Shown one piece after another: positions 1 to 10,468 of a stretch of DNA of 64,000 nt (positions are counted from its first letter, which is position 1; every line of letters begins with the position of its first letter). The translations under genes were made by a program, and so were the position numbers. The notes under the pieces are model-generated. The model was not told the DNA's origin, did no database searches, and saw only the letters and a program-made list of their open reading frames with translations. Origin of the DNA: Candidatus Cloacimonadales bacterium (lineage in GTDB: Bacteria > Cloacimonadota > Cloacimonadia > Cloacimonadales > JAFGVF01); assembly GCA_963662585.1 (NCBI GenBank), contig OY759729.1, positions 352,001 to 416,000 on the forward strand, read 5' to 3'.

Positions 1-599
1 GTATATTTAACATCAACATTCTGTCCTACATAGAGTGAATCTCTACTTAGTTCCACAACTACAAAAGAAGAATTATTATTCCTCCGAGAAGGAGTATTAT
101 CAGCCCAAGGATCATCAAAAAAAGAAGAGAAGGGCGAGTTATTTCTACTAGGAGTTTGAGTCTGACTGCGTAAACTACCTTCAACAACCTCTATTTTATG
201 ACTTTTAGTTTGGTATTTCTTCCCGTTAACTTCTACTTCAATCTGAGGAATATTTAAAATTCCCTCATTTCGAGGATATACAGTATATTTATGTGATTGA
301 CTTCTAGACGAAGACATTCTCCCATTAACAAAACTCGTTGACATAGAATTTGAAACACTCGGACGAAGATAATCTGCTGGGAAATTATCAAAATTAACCT
401 CAACATTAAGATCTTTGTTAGACGAAGTTTCTACTGTAATAGTGTAGGTGAATGAATCCTCGATACCAATTTTATCCGCAGAGACAGAAGATGAAACACT
501 GACATCATCGGCAAGCAGTTGTTGGGGTATTAACCAAAAACTAATAATTCCCAACAGAATTAATGATAGATTATGGATATTTCTTAAAACTTTTGTCAA
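1..599 (-). CDS. batD: BatD-like protein, 5' part (runs off the window start)
   Basis: Not in the ORF track. TTG start at 599 after AGAGGAGG; reads MTKVLRNIHNLSLILLGIISFWLIPQQLLADDVSVSSSVSADKIGIEDSFTYTITVE (signal peptide plus BatD-like beta domain); follows the batC-like gene. Confidence 0.7.
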   Translation of the reverse strand, partial: MTKVLRNIHNLSLILLGIISFWLIPQQLLADDVSVSSSVSADKIGIEDSFTYTITVETSSNKDLNVEVNFDNFPADYLRPSVSNSMSTSFVNGRMSSSRSQSHKYTVYPRNEGILNIPQIEVEVNGKKYQTKSHKIEVVEGSLRSQTQTPSRNNSPFSSFFDDPWADNTPSRRNNNSSFVVVELSRDSLYVGQNVDVKY

Positions 600-612
600 A
601 AACTCCTCCTCT

Positions 613-1575
613 TTACCAATATCTACCGGTAGGTCTCTGCTGTCTGAGCTTTGGTTTATCATCATCTTGTTCAGGACGAGCTTGTTGTTGTAACAAGGCA
701 TCTAATTTCTTCTGGGCCTCTAATTTTTCTTTCTCTTCTTCACTCAAGTCATCATACTGTTCTTGCTTCTCTTTAGCATCTTCTTCTTGTTTCTGTTGCT
801 CTTGTTGTTGATTCTCAGATTTATCATTTTCTTGATTAGAGTCTTCTTGCTGATTTTGATTTTTTTGCTCTTCTTGCTGAGCTTCTTGTTCTGCCAACTT
901 CCTTAAAGCAATTTCATAGTTAACTCTAGTATCTTCAGAGTTTGGATCTAGTTTAAGAGATTGGACAAAATAATTTATAGCTTCTTGATAGTTTTCTTGT
1001 TTGAAAGCACTATTACCAAGATTATGCCAAATCTTCTGCTTATGGGCACTATCTACCATCCCTCCAGTAGATTTATAAATATCTTGGGCCATGGTGTAGA
1101 GAGAGTCATATTCTGGATTAGATTCAGCAAATTTATAAAGGGAGTTAGCATAATTATAAAGTAAGTCTGGATCCACATTTGTTGAATCTAGATAACTTGC
1201 TGAGGTTTGATAGTTATGAATTGCATTAGGATAATCTTCTAGGTTATAGTAAGCATTAGCTTGATTATAATAGATTGCTTGCAGGTTACTCTTAGTAGTA
1301 TCAGTTTTAGCTTTTTCTAAACTCTCTACTGCTGATTGAAGACCTTTTTTGTCTCTGTATTCTTCAAACTCTCTAAGCTTAACAACTCCATAGTTATAAT
1401 TCAAGACAGGGTTATCAGGATCTTTCTCTAAGAGGTCTTTTAAATCATCCTCAGCTCTATATAATAATGTGTCCTGTATTGCTTCAACAGCTTTATTATT
1501 TTTTCTTACAGTGGTAAAACTATAAGCTTCAACAAGGAATAAACACATAATTACCATAAATATTGTTCTCTTCAT
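613..1575 (-). CDS. batC: BatC-like TPR protein
   Basis: TPR motifs (YYNQANAYY, WHNLGNSAFKQENYQEAINYF), Q/E-rich linker, C-terminal ..RYW; position after the VWA genes. Confidence 0.75.
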   Translation of the reverse strand: MKRTIFMVIMCLFLVEAYSFTTVRKNNKAVEAIQDTLLYRAEDDLKDLLEKDPDNPVLNYNYGVVKLREFEEYRDKKGLQSAVESLEKAKTDTTKSNLQAIYYNQANAYYNLEDYPNAIHNYQTSASYLDSTNVDPDLLYNYANSLYKFAESNPEYDSLYTMAQDIYKSTGGMVDSAHKQKIWHNLGNSAFKQENYQEAINYFVQSLKLDPNSEDTRVNYEIALRKLAEQEAQQEEQKNQNQQEDSNQENDKSENQQQEQQKQEEDAKEKQEQYDDLSEEEKEKLEAQKKLDALLQQQARPEQDDDKPKLRQQRPTGRYW

Positions 1576-1577
1576 AA

Positions 1578-2582
1578 TTAACTCTCAATATATCTTTTAA
1601 GTTTATATTTTTTAACATAAGGAATAAAGGTTTCAACTAGTAATAGAAGAATCGCTAGAGATAAAGGTAACCAGAACTGCTCTTTATAAAAGAGTGGGTT
1701 GTTTGAAGAGTAACGATTTTTATCATATTCTTGAATAACTTTCTCTAATTCTTCTAGGGCATTGGTATCTTTATTCAAACCTATATAAGAGCCTCCGGTA
1801 GCTTCAGCCATCTTAGTAAGCAAATCTTCATTGAGTCTGGAAGTAACATCTGTGTTATCCTTCAAGAATTGCCCCTTAGGTGTTCCGACTCCAATCGAAT
1901 AAATTCTGACCCCTCTTCTTTTTAGAGAGTCAATTTGCTCCATAATCTGCGATTCCCCCTGTTCTAAATTCTCACCATCGCTAAAGAGGAAAACAACCGC
2001 ATTCTTTTTGGCTGCCCTTTCAATTAAGCGATTTGTTTCTAACAGAGCTAAAGGGATATTGGTACCCATTACTTTTACATCTTCAGTATTAACTAAATTC
2101 ATCATAGAATTAGCAATCTTAATATTGTCAGTAAAAGAAAATACAGTATTAGTATCTCCCGCGAAGGTAATCAGTGCTATTCTATCGCCAGATAATCTTT
2201 CAGATAGAATTCCGATCAAGGACAGAGAGCGATGTAATCTAGAAGGGGATATATCATTAATGTCCATACTCTTAGAAATATCTAATAAATAGACAATATC
2301 AATCCCAGAGCGAGCATATTCAGTTTCTTTCTTTCCCCATTTAGGGTTAGCTATAGCAATTAAAAGCATGACTAAAGCCAGGGCAAAGATAAATGTTCTT
2401 AAATTCCAGTAGAAAGGAATAAATCCTTGGTTCCAGAAAGAGAAAAATCTTTCGGACGAGAACTTAAGAAAACTCTTTTTCCTTCTGTTATTAGTTAAAA
2501 ATATTACCAGAACACCACTTGCCATTATCAAGGGAGCAATGATAAAGATTAAGCTTTTCCAATAGATGTTTCCCCAAATCAT
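1578..2582 (-). CDS. batB: BatB-like VWA domain membrane protein
   Basis: MIDAS DISKSM, SPSRL, FSDGE, IGVGT; N- and C-terminal TM segments. Confidence 0.85.
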   Translation of the reverse strand: MIWGNIYWKSLIFIIAPLIMASGVLVIFLTNNRRKKSFLKFSSERFFSFWNQGFIPFYWNLRTFIFALALVMLLIAIANPKWGKKETEYARSGIDIVYLLDISKSMDINDISPSRLHRSLSLIGILSERLSGDRIALITFAGDTNTVFSFTDNIKIANSMMNLVNTEDVKVMGTNIPLALLETNRLIERAAKKNAVVFLFSDGENLEQGESQIMEQIDSLKRRGVRIYSIGVGTPKGQFLKDNTDVTSRLNEDLLTKMAEATGGSYIGLNKDTNALEELEKVIQEYDKNRYSSNNPLFYKEQFWLPLSLAILLLLVETFIPYVKKYKLKRYIES

Positions 2583-2636
2583 TTAAATCTCCTATAAATG
2601 TTAATTTTAGCTTGTGCTCTAGCTTTCCTAGTTAAT

Positions 2637-3626
2637 CTATTGTACTTCATAATATCTGACTTTCCTTAAATAGAATTCTATTATGAGCAAGATGAATGCC
2701 AATCCTAGAAAAACTTGATGAATAGGATAGTAGGCATTAGGTAGCTCTTTCTCTTCATTAATATTCTCAGATTCACCGATTTTATTTATAATCCTCTCTA
2801 AGGCCTCACTTGAATTAGCAAGTTCAGCTTTACCACTTCCTGTTAGTTGGGAAATCTTATTTAGCGTTTCCATATCAACATCAGCTCCGGTGAGTCCTCC
2901 TCTTCTCGAAGCATTAAAACCAATTGGATATATCTTCAAACCAAAAGGTACAGCAAAAGATTCAGTTGCTTCCACAGGTTGATAAATACCAGTATTATTT
3001 ACACCATCCGTAATCAGAATAATGAATTTAGATTTAGCTGGGGAATCCTTTAATACTGCAGAGGATAAGGCTACACCCATACCAATAGCAGTTAATGATT
3101 GCTTATTGCGATCAATTTCAATACTCTTAGCTTTATCAATAACCATTGAGTAATCATCAGAAAGAGGAGTTAAAATCTGAGCTGAATTAGAAAAAGTTAT
3201 CAGAGAAACCTGCTGTCCTCTCAGCTTATTTACAAAACTTTCAATAACGGATTTAGCATCCCTTAATCGATTAGAATAAACATTAGAGATTAGCTTATTA
3301 TTCATTGTTTCCATTAGCATTGAGCCACTAACATCAAGACAGATTACAATATCAGTATCACTTCTTTCCCAAGTTGCTGAGACTTTATTCTGACTCTCTA
3401 TTTCTGGTTCAGAGAGAGCAAATATTAGCATGAACATTGCTATATATCTAATTACATCTATACTTGAATAGCTTCTTCTTTTATTTCCTGAGGCTTTAAG
3501 TATTATATTGGTTCTAGAGAAAGGTATCTTGTTACTATATTTCTTTCTAAACCATATTTGAATAAAGATATAGAGTGGAATTAATAACAATAAAAGGAGC
3601 ATATAGGGATTCTGAAATCTTATCAT
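2637..3626 (-). CDS. batA: BatA-like VWA domain membrane protein
   Basis: RFQNPYMLLLLL N-terminus, MIDAS DVSGSM, TAIGMG, LITDGVNN. Confidence 0.85.
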   Translation of the reverse strand: MIRFQNPYMLLLLLLIPLYIFIQIWFRKKYSNKIPFSRTNIILKASGNKRRSYSSIDVIRYIAMFMLIFALSEPEIESQNKVSATWERSDTDIVICLDVSGSMLMETMNNKLISNVYSNRLRDAKSVIESFVNKLRGQQVSLITFSNSAQILTPLSDDYSMVIDKAKSIEIDRNKQSLTAIGMGVALSSAVLKDSPAKSKFIILITDGVNNTGIYQPVEATESFAVPFGLKIYPIGFNASRRGGLTGADVDMETLNKISQLTGSGKAELANSSEALERIINKIGESENINEEKELPNAYYPIHQVFLGLAFILLIIEFYLRKVRYYEVQ

Positions 3627-4555
3627 TTTTCCTCCTTCTCTTGTACAGCCTTTTCTTCTTGCTCTTTAATATTTAAGACAAGTTTCTCAAACCAAGTGAA
3701 AATATCTTCAGAAATAAAATCAGATACAACTTTACCTTTAGTATATTTTACTTCATCTAGTCTCTTTAGCGTTGAGATAATCTTATCACTATTTGCAATA
3801 CTCATCTTTGAGAGTTCCTTTTGCAGTTCATAAGTAGTTCTTTCAGCTGCTGGGAAGTTATAGTACTTTTCTAAGAATCTTCTGATTAAAAGAGACATTT
3901 CAATAGAGAAGAAATACTCTTTTCCATTAATTATTAACATTCTCTTCTTAATCTGAGCTAGTTCCATAATAGCATAATCCCAAGCTTCTTGTTTAACATA
4001 CTCTTCAGATAGTCTGTTCTTTGTGAATAAGCCTTTAATAATTTCAAAATTCTTGTAAAGTAACCAGATAATTATGCCTAGAACTAGTGCTATAATACTA
4101 TATTTAAGTAGCTTGTAAATCCATCCGAACTGCGATTCTAGCATAAGAGGAGCTTTAGCACCTTCAATATTTTTGATATCTGTTAATTCAGAAGTTGAAT
4201 CAGTAACTGCAGTAACCATAACTTTGAAAGGCTCTGTATAAAGAGTATCAGAACCTAACTCATCATATGTAACAATCTGAATAGCTGGAACTTCAATTTC
4301 ACCTGTTTGAAGGGCTAGCATAGTCAGAATTAATGAATCAGTGAGAGTAACTCTCCATTCTTCTTCATCTTGTTTAAGCAGATTTTTGCTTGTAGGAAGT
4401 TCAGCTTTTATTAAATTATAAGGTTTATCTAGTGAAAGTTCTACAGAAAAGGGATAAAGCACTTTAAGAACTTCAGGTATGTTATTTTTCTGTTCCCAAC
4501 TAAAAAGAGAAGTTAAGATTAATAACGAGAATAAGATAATAATTGACTTCTTCAT
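3623..4555 (-). CDS. Bat-operon membrane protein (conserved gene between DUF58 and batA)
   Basis: Signal peptide, single TM, ERTTYEL and LDEVKY motifs typical of this operon position. Confidence 0.65.
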   Translation of the reverse strand: MKKSIIILFSLLILTSLFSWEQKNNIPEVLKVLYPFSVELSLDKPYNLIKAELPTSKNLLKQDEEEWRVTLTDSLILTMLALQTGEIEVPAIQIVTYDELGSDTLYTEPFKVMVTAVTDSTSELTDIKNIEGAKAPLMLESQFGWIYKLLKYSIIALVLGIIIWLLYKNFEIIKGLFTKNRLSEEYVKQEAWDYAIMELAQIKKRMLIINGKEYFFSIEMSLLIRRFLEKYYNFPAAERTTYELQKELSKMSIANSDKIISTLKRLDEVKYTKGKVVSDFISEDIFTWFEKLVLNIKEQEEKAVQEKEEK

Positions 4556-4568
4556 GGCTAAAATCTCC

Positions 4569-5447
4569 TTATCTTTTCCGTTTTATTCTCATCTTAAAGA
4601 ACTTTTGCAGTTCCTTAACATAAGATTGTTCTGTATTGAGATTTAGGATATCAACTTGGCACTCTTTCATTATATTCATGGTTTCTTCTTCCCATTTATT
4701 AGATTCAGCTAAGAAGTTTCTCCTAAAAGTTGGATTATTAGTATTTACCACGAAATCTTCTCCTGTTTCAGGATCAGTAAAGTGAACAATCCCCATAGCA
4801 GGAATATCAGTTTCAGCTGGATCTTTAACCTTGATAGCAATAACATCATGTCTATTCCTAAGATGTTTTAGAGCATCAGAATAACCTGAATCTTGAAAGT
4901 CAGATATTAAAAAGATTATACTTCTTTTTTTAATTACTTTGGATATAAATTTGATTGCTTTTCCTATATCAGTACCTTTCTCTCTTGCTTCATAGAAGAG
5001 GATCTCTCTCAGCATTTGCAGAGCACTCTTTTTACCTTTGCGAGGTGGAATATACTTTTCAATTTCATTAGAGAACATTAATAGACCACATAAATCTTGG
5101 TTCATTAAGGCAGAAAAGGAAAGAACTGCAGTAATTTCAGCTATATACTCGGATTTTAATTGATTTCTGGTCCCGAATATATTGGAAGCACTACAATCAA
5201 CCAAGAAGAGAACATTCAACTCACGAGTCTCTTCGAAAGTCTTAATAAAAGGCTTTTGATTACGAGCAGTTACATTCCAATCGATTAATTTATAATTATC
5301 TCCTGGAGTGTATTCTCTTACTTCAGAGAATTCCAGACCTTGTCCTTTAAAAAGGGAGTGATATTCTCCAGCGAAAAGCTCTTCCACGATATTTTTGGTA
5401 GAGATTTCAATCTTTTTAATCTTTTTTATAATATCTTTAGTTTCCAT
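4569..5447 (-). CDS. DUF58 family protein (MoxR partner)
   Basis: GEYHSLFKGQGLEFSEVREYTPGD, IDWNVTAR, FEETRE, LISDF. Confidence 0.9.
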   Translation of the reverse strand: METKDIIKKIKKIEISTKNIVEELFAGEYHSLFKGQGLEFSEVREYTPGDNYKLIDWNVTARNQKPFIKTFEETRELNVLFLVDCSASNIFGTRNQLKSEYIAEITAVLSFSALMNQDLCGLLMFSNEIEKYIPPRKGKKSALQMLREILFYEAREKGTDIGKAIKFISKVIKKRSIIFLISDFQDSGYSDALKHLRNRHDVIAIKVKDPAETDIPAMGIVHFTDPETGEDFVVNTNNPTFRRNFLAESNKWEEETMNIMKECQVDILNLNTEQSYVKELQKFFKMRIKRKR

Positions 5448-5448
5448 A

Positions 5449-6432
5449 TTATGGTACTTCTACCTCATCAAAGATCTTGCTAATTATCATATCACTATCA
5501 AATTGTTCCGCTTCTGCTTCATAGGAAAGAATAATTCTATGTCTTAAGACATCTTTACTAATTGCCTTGATATCATCAGGAATCACATAATTTCGGTTTT
5601 CTAAATAAGCATGAGCTTTAGCAGCTTTAGCCAAGCAGATAGAAGCACGAGGAGAAGCTCCAAAATCTATGTAATTCTCTAATTCTTTAAGATTCCTATA
5701 TACACCAGGAGTTCTAGTAGCAAAGACAATATCTACAATATAGTCATATAGTTTTTCATCCATATAGATAGATTCAACTTCTTGTCTCATCTTAATTATA
5801 TCATTCGGTGATAATACTGCCGAAATTTTAAATATCGTGCTATTAACCATTCTCTTAAGAATCTCTTTCTCTTCCGATTTAGTTGGATATAAGACTTTTA
5901 GTTTTAGCATAAATCTATCTAATTGAGCTTCCGGTAAAGGATAAGTTCCCTCTTGTTCAAGTGGGTTCTGAGTTGCCATTACTAAAAATGGTTTTGGTAG
6001 TTGATATGTCTCATCACCAAGAGTAACTTGTTTCTCCTGCATAGCTTCCAAAAGAGCAGATTGAACTTTTGATGGAGCTCTATTTATCTCATCAGCTAAG
6101 ATGAAGTTAGCAAAAAGAGGACCTTTCTTAGCAGTGAAGTCTGCAGTCTTTTGATTATAAATAAGAGTACCTGTAATATCAGCAGGAAGTAAATCAGGAG
6201 TGAATTGTATTCTTTTAAATTCAACATCAAGAGCTTGGGCAATGGTACTTACAGTAAGGGTTTTAGCTAATCCTGGTACACCTTCAATAAGAATATGTCC
6301 ATCAGCCAATAGCCCTATTAAAATTCTTTCTACCATATAATCTTGACCAACAATAACCTTTCTAATCTCATTGAGTAATGGTTTTAAATCGTAACTATTC
6401 TCGCTCTTAGGAATAAATTGAGTATCCATCAT
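5449..6432 (-). CDS. moxR: MoxR family AAA+ ATPase
   Basis: EGVPGLAKT, RIQFTPDLLPADITG, DEINRAP, ATQNPLEQEGTYPLPEAQLDRF. Confidence 0.95.
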   Translation of the reverse strand: MMDTQFIPKSENSYDLKPLLNEIRKVIVGQDYMVERILIGLLADGHILIEGVPGLAKTLTVSTIAQALDVEFKRIQFTPDLLPADITGTLIYNQKTADFTAKKGPLFANFILADEINRAPSKVQSALLEAMQEKQVTLGDETYQLPKPFLVMATQNPLEQEGTYPLPEAQLDRFMLKLKVLYPTKSEEKEILKRMVNSTIFKISAVLSPNDIIKMRQEVESIYMDEKLYDYIVDIVFATRTPGVYRNLKELENYIDFGASPRASICLAKAAKAHAYLENRNYVIPDDIKAISKDVLRHRIILSYEAEAEQFDSDMIISKIFDEVEVP

Positions 6433-6950
6433 ATTTTAAACTCCAGTTTATTATCTTTATTTTTTGTAATTTTATATGTTTCGATCAATCCGTTTTCTAC
6501 TTGATGCCATTCAACAATTATTTCAGTGGGAGAAGCATAGGAAATCAAATAAGATGCTAATTGATTTCTATCTTCATAATTTTTTAAATGACCTGGATTA
6601 ATTAGGATATTAGATTTATATTTATGAACTTTATGAACATGGGTATGTCCGTAAAATATAATAGTATCTGCTGTCTTTTTAAAGTCGATATCATCAATGC
6701 TATGCACCAATTTTATTTTAAAATCAAAAAGAGAAATATTCTCAATATTAGCTAAACTACCGTCAATGTAGGCAGGATGATAAATTCCCGGTACCCGATA
6801 GAGTGTCTTGCAGTATTTAGAATAATCAGCTTTATTGGGATCTTCATAATAATCACCTAAATGAAACAATTGGTCTGACTTATTTGCAACTAGTACTTTT
6901 TCAAACAAATTTATATTATTATGCGTATCAGATACTATAAGAGTTTTCAT
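6429..6950 (-). CDS. YfcE-like metallophosphoesterase
   Basis: VSDTH, HLGD, GHTH, INPG motifs. Confidence 0.85.
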   Translation of the reverse strand: MKTLIVSDTHNNINLFEKVLVANKSDQLFHLGDYYEDPNKADYSKYCKTLYRVPGIYHPAYIDGSLANIENISLFDFKIKLVHSIDDIDFKKTADTIIFYGHTHVHKVHKYKSNILINPGHLKNYEDRNQLASYLISYASPTEIIVEWHQVENGLIETYKITKNKDNKLEFKI

Positions 6951-7031
6951 AATTTCTCCTTATAAATTTAATCCCACGCTGTTAAACGAGGGATTAAGTT
7001 GATAGTTACATATTTTTTATCTAAATAATTA

Positions 7032-9149
7032 TTATTTAGTCGTAGCTTTTTTCTTAGTAGCACTTTTAGGTTTAATGCTTACCTCTTCACTTTTCTTAGT
7101 TGTTTTCTTGGGTTTAGCTTCAGCTTTTACTTTTGGAAGGGCTTTTACCTTGCTCTTCTTAACTGTCTCTTTCTCTTCTTTTTTTGCTTTAGCTGTAGAA
7201 GTTTTAGCTTTAGTTTTAGCTAAACTCTCTTTCTTCTCGTCAGCAACTTTTTTAGAAGAAGTTTTCTTAGGAGTTTCTTCTTTAACAGTTTTCTTTGAGG
7301 TAGTCTTCTTAGGAGCATTAGCTACTTTTTTGGTAGAAACTTCTTTAGTTTCACTCTGTACTTTAGCTTTCTTGCTAGTGGTCTTTTCTTCTTTAGCGGT
7401 TGAAGACTTTACTTTTTTAGGAGATTTCTTCTCTTTAGCAAGAGTTGTTTCACTATCTTTAGCTTTCGCTTTTTTAGCAGGAGTTGTTTTGCTCTTCATC
7501 TTTTCAGGAGCAGAGACACCAATCAAACTAAGAGAAATAGCAATAACACTTTTTACCGCAGTCATTAAGAAAAGGCGTCCTTTGGTAGTATCTAAATCAT
7601 TTAGGTCAATAACCTTGTGTTTACCGTAGAATTTATGAACCATACCTGCTAATTCAAAAACATAATTAGCTAATCTGTGTGGTTCGCGAGTATCAGCAAT
7701 ATCAACAAGAAGTTGAGGGAAATCAATCATTTTCTTCATTAAATTAATTTCTTCATCTTCCTTTAAGTTTGATAAAGCTGTTCTGGAAGGTTTTCCAATT
7801 CTAATATCATGGTCTTTTCTAGCTTTTTTGATAATGCTATTTATTCTGGCATGAGCATATTGAATGTAATAAACAGGATTTTCTTCACTTTCTTTGGTAG
7901 CCAAATCCATATCAAAGTTGAGATGAGCATTTGTTCTTCTATCAATAAAGAAGAATCTAGCTACATCCTTACCAACTTCGTTTATTAAATCATCCATTGT
8001 AACAATCTTACCTAGACGCTTAGACATCTTAATTTTCTCACCTTCATCAAAAAGATTAATCTGTTGAAGGAAAACTATTTCTAATTTATCTTTATCATAT
8101 TTAAGTGCTTCAATCGCAGCTTTTAACCTAGGAACATAACCGTGATGATCAGGACCTAAAACATCGATAATGTAGTCAAATCCTCTCTGATATTTAGTTA
8201 AATGATATGCCAAATCAGGAACAAAATAGGTAATAGTACCGTCTGCTTTCATTAAAACTCGGTCTTTATCATCTCCAAATTTTGTTGAACTAAACCAGAT
8301 AGCATCATCCTTTTCGTAAGTACATTCAGCTTCAGCCAAGAAACTTAATACTTCTTCAACAATACCCTGTTCTCTTAGTTTCTTCTCTGATACCCAGTTA
8401 TCAAAATCTACATCTAATTTAGTAAGACTTTCTACTTGCATATCGTGAATAATACCTAAGGCATATTCTTTTAAATTTTCGATTCTATCTCTTTCAGGAA
8501 GCATTAAAAGACGACTTCCTTCAGTGGCATTAAGTTCTTGAGCCATTTTAACTAAGTAATCTCCGTGGTAAGCTTCCATAGGAAATTCACCTATGTTCTC
8601 TCCACGAGCTTCTCGCAAGCGTAATTCTAAGGATTCAGCTAAGATATCAACTTGATTTCCTGCATCATTAATATAGAATTCTCTTTTTGCTTCATAGCCA
8701 ACCTTAGTAAGAATACGATAGAGGGTATCACCATAAGTAGCTGCTCTAGCACTTACGATATTTAGAGGACCTGTTGGGTTTGCCGAAACAAACTCTAAAA
8801 GTACCTTTTTACCCTTTCCATGCTCTGAAGTACCATAATCTTCTTTTACTTTAAGAATTTCATAAACTATATCTAAATATAATGATACATTGATAGTAAT
8901 GTTTATAAAACCAGGACCAGCAATTTCAACTTTAGAAAAGTTCTTTTCTTTTTCTAGCTGAGCTTTGATTAATTCTGCTAAAGCAAGTGGTCTTTTCTTA
9001 TTGAGTTTTGATAAAACCATGGCAACATTTGTTGCGTAATCCCCATGACCTGAGTTATTGGGTACTTCTATATTAAATTTATCATTATTTTCAAGATTTA
9101 GTTTGTCTAAAGCTGTAACAATAATACCTCTAATAATATCTTTAATCAT
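7032..9149 (-). CDS. argS: Arginyl-tRNA synthetase with Lys/Ala-rich C-terminal extension
   Basis: GDYATNVAM, GPGFIN, EFVSANPTGPL, KMSKRLG, YYIQYAHARI, APEKM; start placed at ATG 9149 (GAGGA upstream) rather than 9167. Confidence 0.95.
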   Translation of the reverse strand: MIKDIIRGIIVTALDKLNLENNDKFNIEVPNNSGHGDYATNVAMVLSKLNKKRPLALAELIKAQLEKEKNFSKVEIAGPGFINITINVSLYLDIVYEILKVKEDYGTSEHGKGKKVLLEFVSANPTGPLNIVSARAATYGDTLYRILTKVGYEAKREFYINDAGNQVDILAESLELRLREARGENIGEFPMEAYHGDYLVKMAQELNATEGSRLLMLPERDRIENLKEYALGIIHDMQVESLTKLDVDFDNWVSEKKLREQGIVEEVLSFLAEAECTYEKDDAIWFSSTKFGDDKDRVLMKADGTITYFVPDLAYHLTKYQRGFDYIIDVLGPDHHGYVPRLKAAIEALKYDKDKLEIVFLQQINLFDEGEKIKMSKRLGKIVTMDDLINEVGKDVARFFFIDRRTNAHLNFDMDLATKESEENPVYYIQYAHARINSIIKKARKDHDIRIGKPSRTALSNLKEDEEINLMKKMIDFPQLLVDIADTREPHRLANYVFELAGMVHKFYGKHKVIDLNDLDTTKGRLFLMTAVKSVIAISLSLIGVSAPEKMKSKTTPAKKAKAKDSETTLAKEKKSPKKVKSSTAKEEKTTSKKAKVQSETKEVSTKKVANAPKKTTSKKTVKEETPKKTSSKKVADEKKESLAKTKAKTSTAKAKKEEKETVKKSKVKALPKVKAEAKPKKTTKKSEEVSIKPKSATKKKATTK

Positions 9150-9510
9150 CGATTTCCTCATCAGCATCGACTATTTTTTCACCCTTCTGAACTTTATCGA
9201 AGAGCTCATCTAATTTATAAAATTCTCTGGTACTTGGTGTAAGAATATGAACAACTACATCTACAAAATCCAAAAGAATCCAGCTAGTGCTCTTCATTCC
9301 TTCTTTTCCACGAACATGTATTTTGTTTGCTTTACACTCATCAACTATATTTCCTGCAATAGCATTAAGGTGTAATTCTGAACTACCCTCAACTATTACA
9401 ACGAAGTCTGTATAAGAAGTTTTACCTTTTAAATCGTAAAACTTAATATTTTCACCTTTTCTACTAGCAGCCCATTCAACTAAGCTTTCAACAAGTTCTT
9501 TACCTTGCAT
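9142..9510 (-). CDS. rsfS: Ribosome silencing factor
   Basis: KGENI..YTDFVVI, WILLDFVDVVVHI, REFYKLDELF. Confidence 0.9.
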   Translation of the reverse strand: MQGKELVESLVEWAASRKGENIKFYDLKGKTSYTDFVVIVEGSSELHLNAIAGNIVDECKANKIHVRGKEGMKSTSWILLDFVDVVVHILTPSTREFYKLDELFDKVQKGEKIVDADEEIDD

Positions 9511-9520
9511 AATATCTCTC

Positions 9521-9967
9521 TTATTTCATGATATTTTGGAAATCTCTACCCACAATTATCAGAAATTGATAATCTGGTAACTCTACTTTATCGATGGCAT
9601 AAGTCCAATTCTCGATGCCTGTTCGATCTATCAAAACTTCTAAGTTGTTAGGAGTATCAGTTAAATCTAACTCCTGAGAAACAACTATTATACTTTTGTT
9701 ATATATATATTTTCTCGTATTTGAGGGTTCTGAAAACTTGAAAAAGGTATTTTCAAATCCCCCATATTTCTCTTTTAAATAAGCTTCATAATCTCTTGCT
9801 AAGCCAGGCACACCACATCCATTAAGGATCTTTACTGCCAATTCTCTATCCTCAATTTCCTTATCCATAGTTTTACTATTTAACCAGAAATTAATGGATA
9901 TAATAACAATAGCTGCTACTAAAGAAGTAGCTATTGCACCTAAAATTATTTTTAGCCTAAGAGACAA
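9521..9967 (-). CDS. LytR C-terminal domain membrane-anchored protein
   Basis: N-terminal TM, VKILNGCGVPGLA and IIVGRDF motifs. Confidence 0.75.
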   Translation of the reverse strand: MSLRLKIILGAIATSLVAAIVIISINFWLNSKTMDKEIEDRELAVKILNGCGVPGLARDYEAYLKEKYGGFENTFFKFSEPSNTRKYIYNKSIIVVSQELDLTDTPNNLEVLIDRTGIENWTYAIDKVELPDYQFLIIVGRDFQNIMK

Positions 9968-9973
9968 AATATT

Positions 9974-10468
9974 TTATCCTTCAAATTTGTCAAACTGTTC
10001 TTTTAGTTTTCCATAAGTAACTTCAAAGGCTTCAGGAATTACCCTTTTGCCACCCACAACAGTCATAAAATTAACATCACCTACCCAGCGAGGAACTAAA
10101 TGAACATGAATATGTTCCGCAATTCCAGCTCCAGCAGCATTACCTTCATTTATTCCAATATTTAGACCTTGGCATTGATAACAATCTTTTAGAACTTTCT
10201 CGGTAATTCTCACAATTGAGAACAGGTTATTTATCTCTTCCGAGCTTAATTCATAAAGTGAAGCAACATGACGATAAGGTACTACCATTACATGACCATT
10301 GTTATAGGGATATAAGTTCAGAATAACAAAGCAGTGGTCACTTTTATAGATAATTCCATTTTTAGCATCATCATTCTGCTCAGGTTTTAAGCAGAAGATA
10401 CAGCCTTTCTCTTTTTCAGAAAGAATATAATTTAGTCTCCAAGGGGAATAGAGATAATCATCAACCAT
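9974..10468 (-). CDS. HIT family hydrolase
   Basis: CIFC, NLYPYNNGH, AAGAGIAEHIHVHLVPRW histidine triad. Confidence 0.9.
   Translation of the reverse strand: MVDDYLYSPWRLNYILSEKEKGCIFCLKPEQNDDAKNGIIYKSDHCFVILNLYPYNNGHVMVVPYRHVASLYELSSEEINNLFSIVRITEKVLKDCYQCQGLNIGINEGNAAGAGIAEHIHVHLVPRWVGDVNFMTVVGGKRVIPEAFEVTYGKLKEQFDKFEG

Noticed and set aside
7075..7629. 184-aa hydrophobic + strand ORF
   Set aside because: Antisense shadow of the Lys-rich argS tail; the same applies to most other short + strand ORFs opposite long minus-strand genes.
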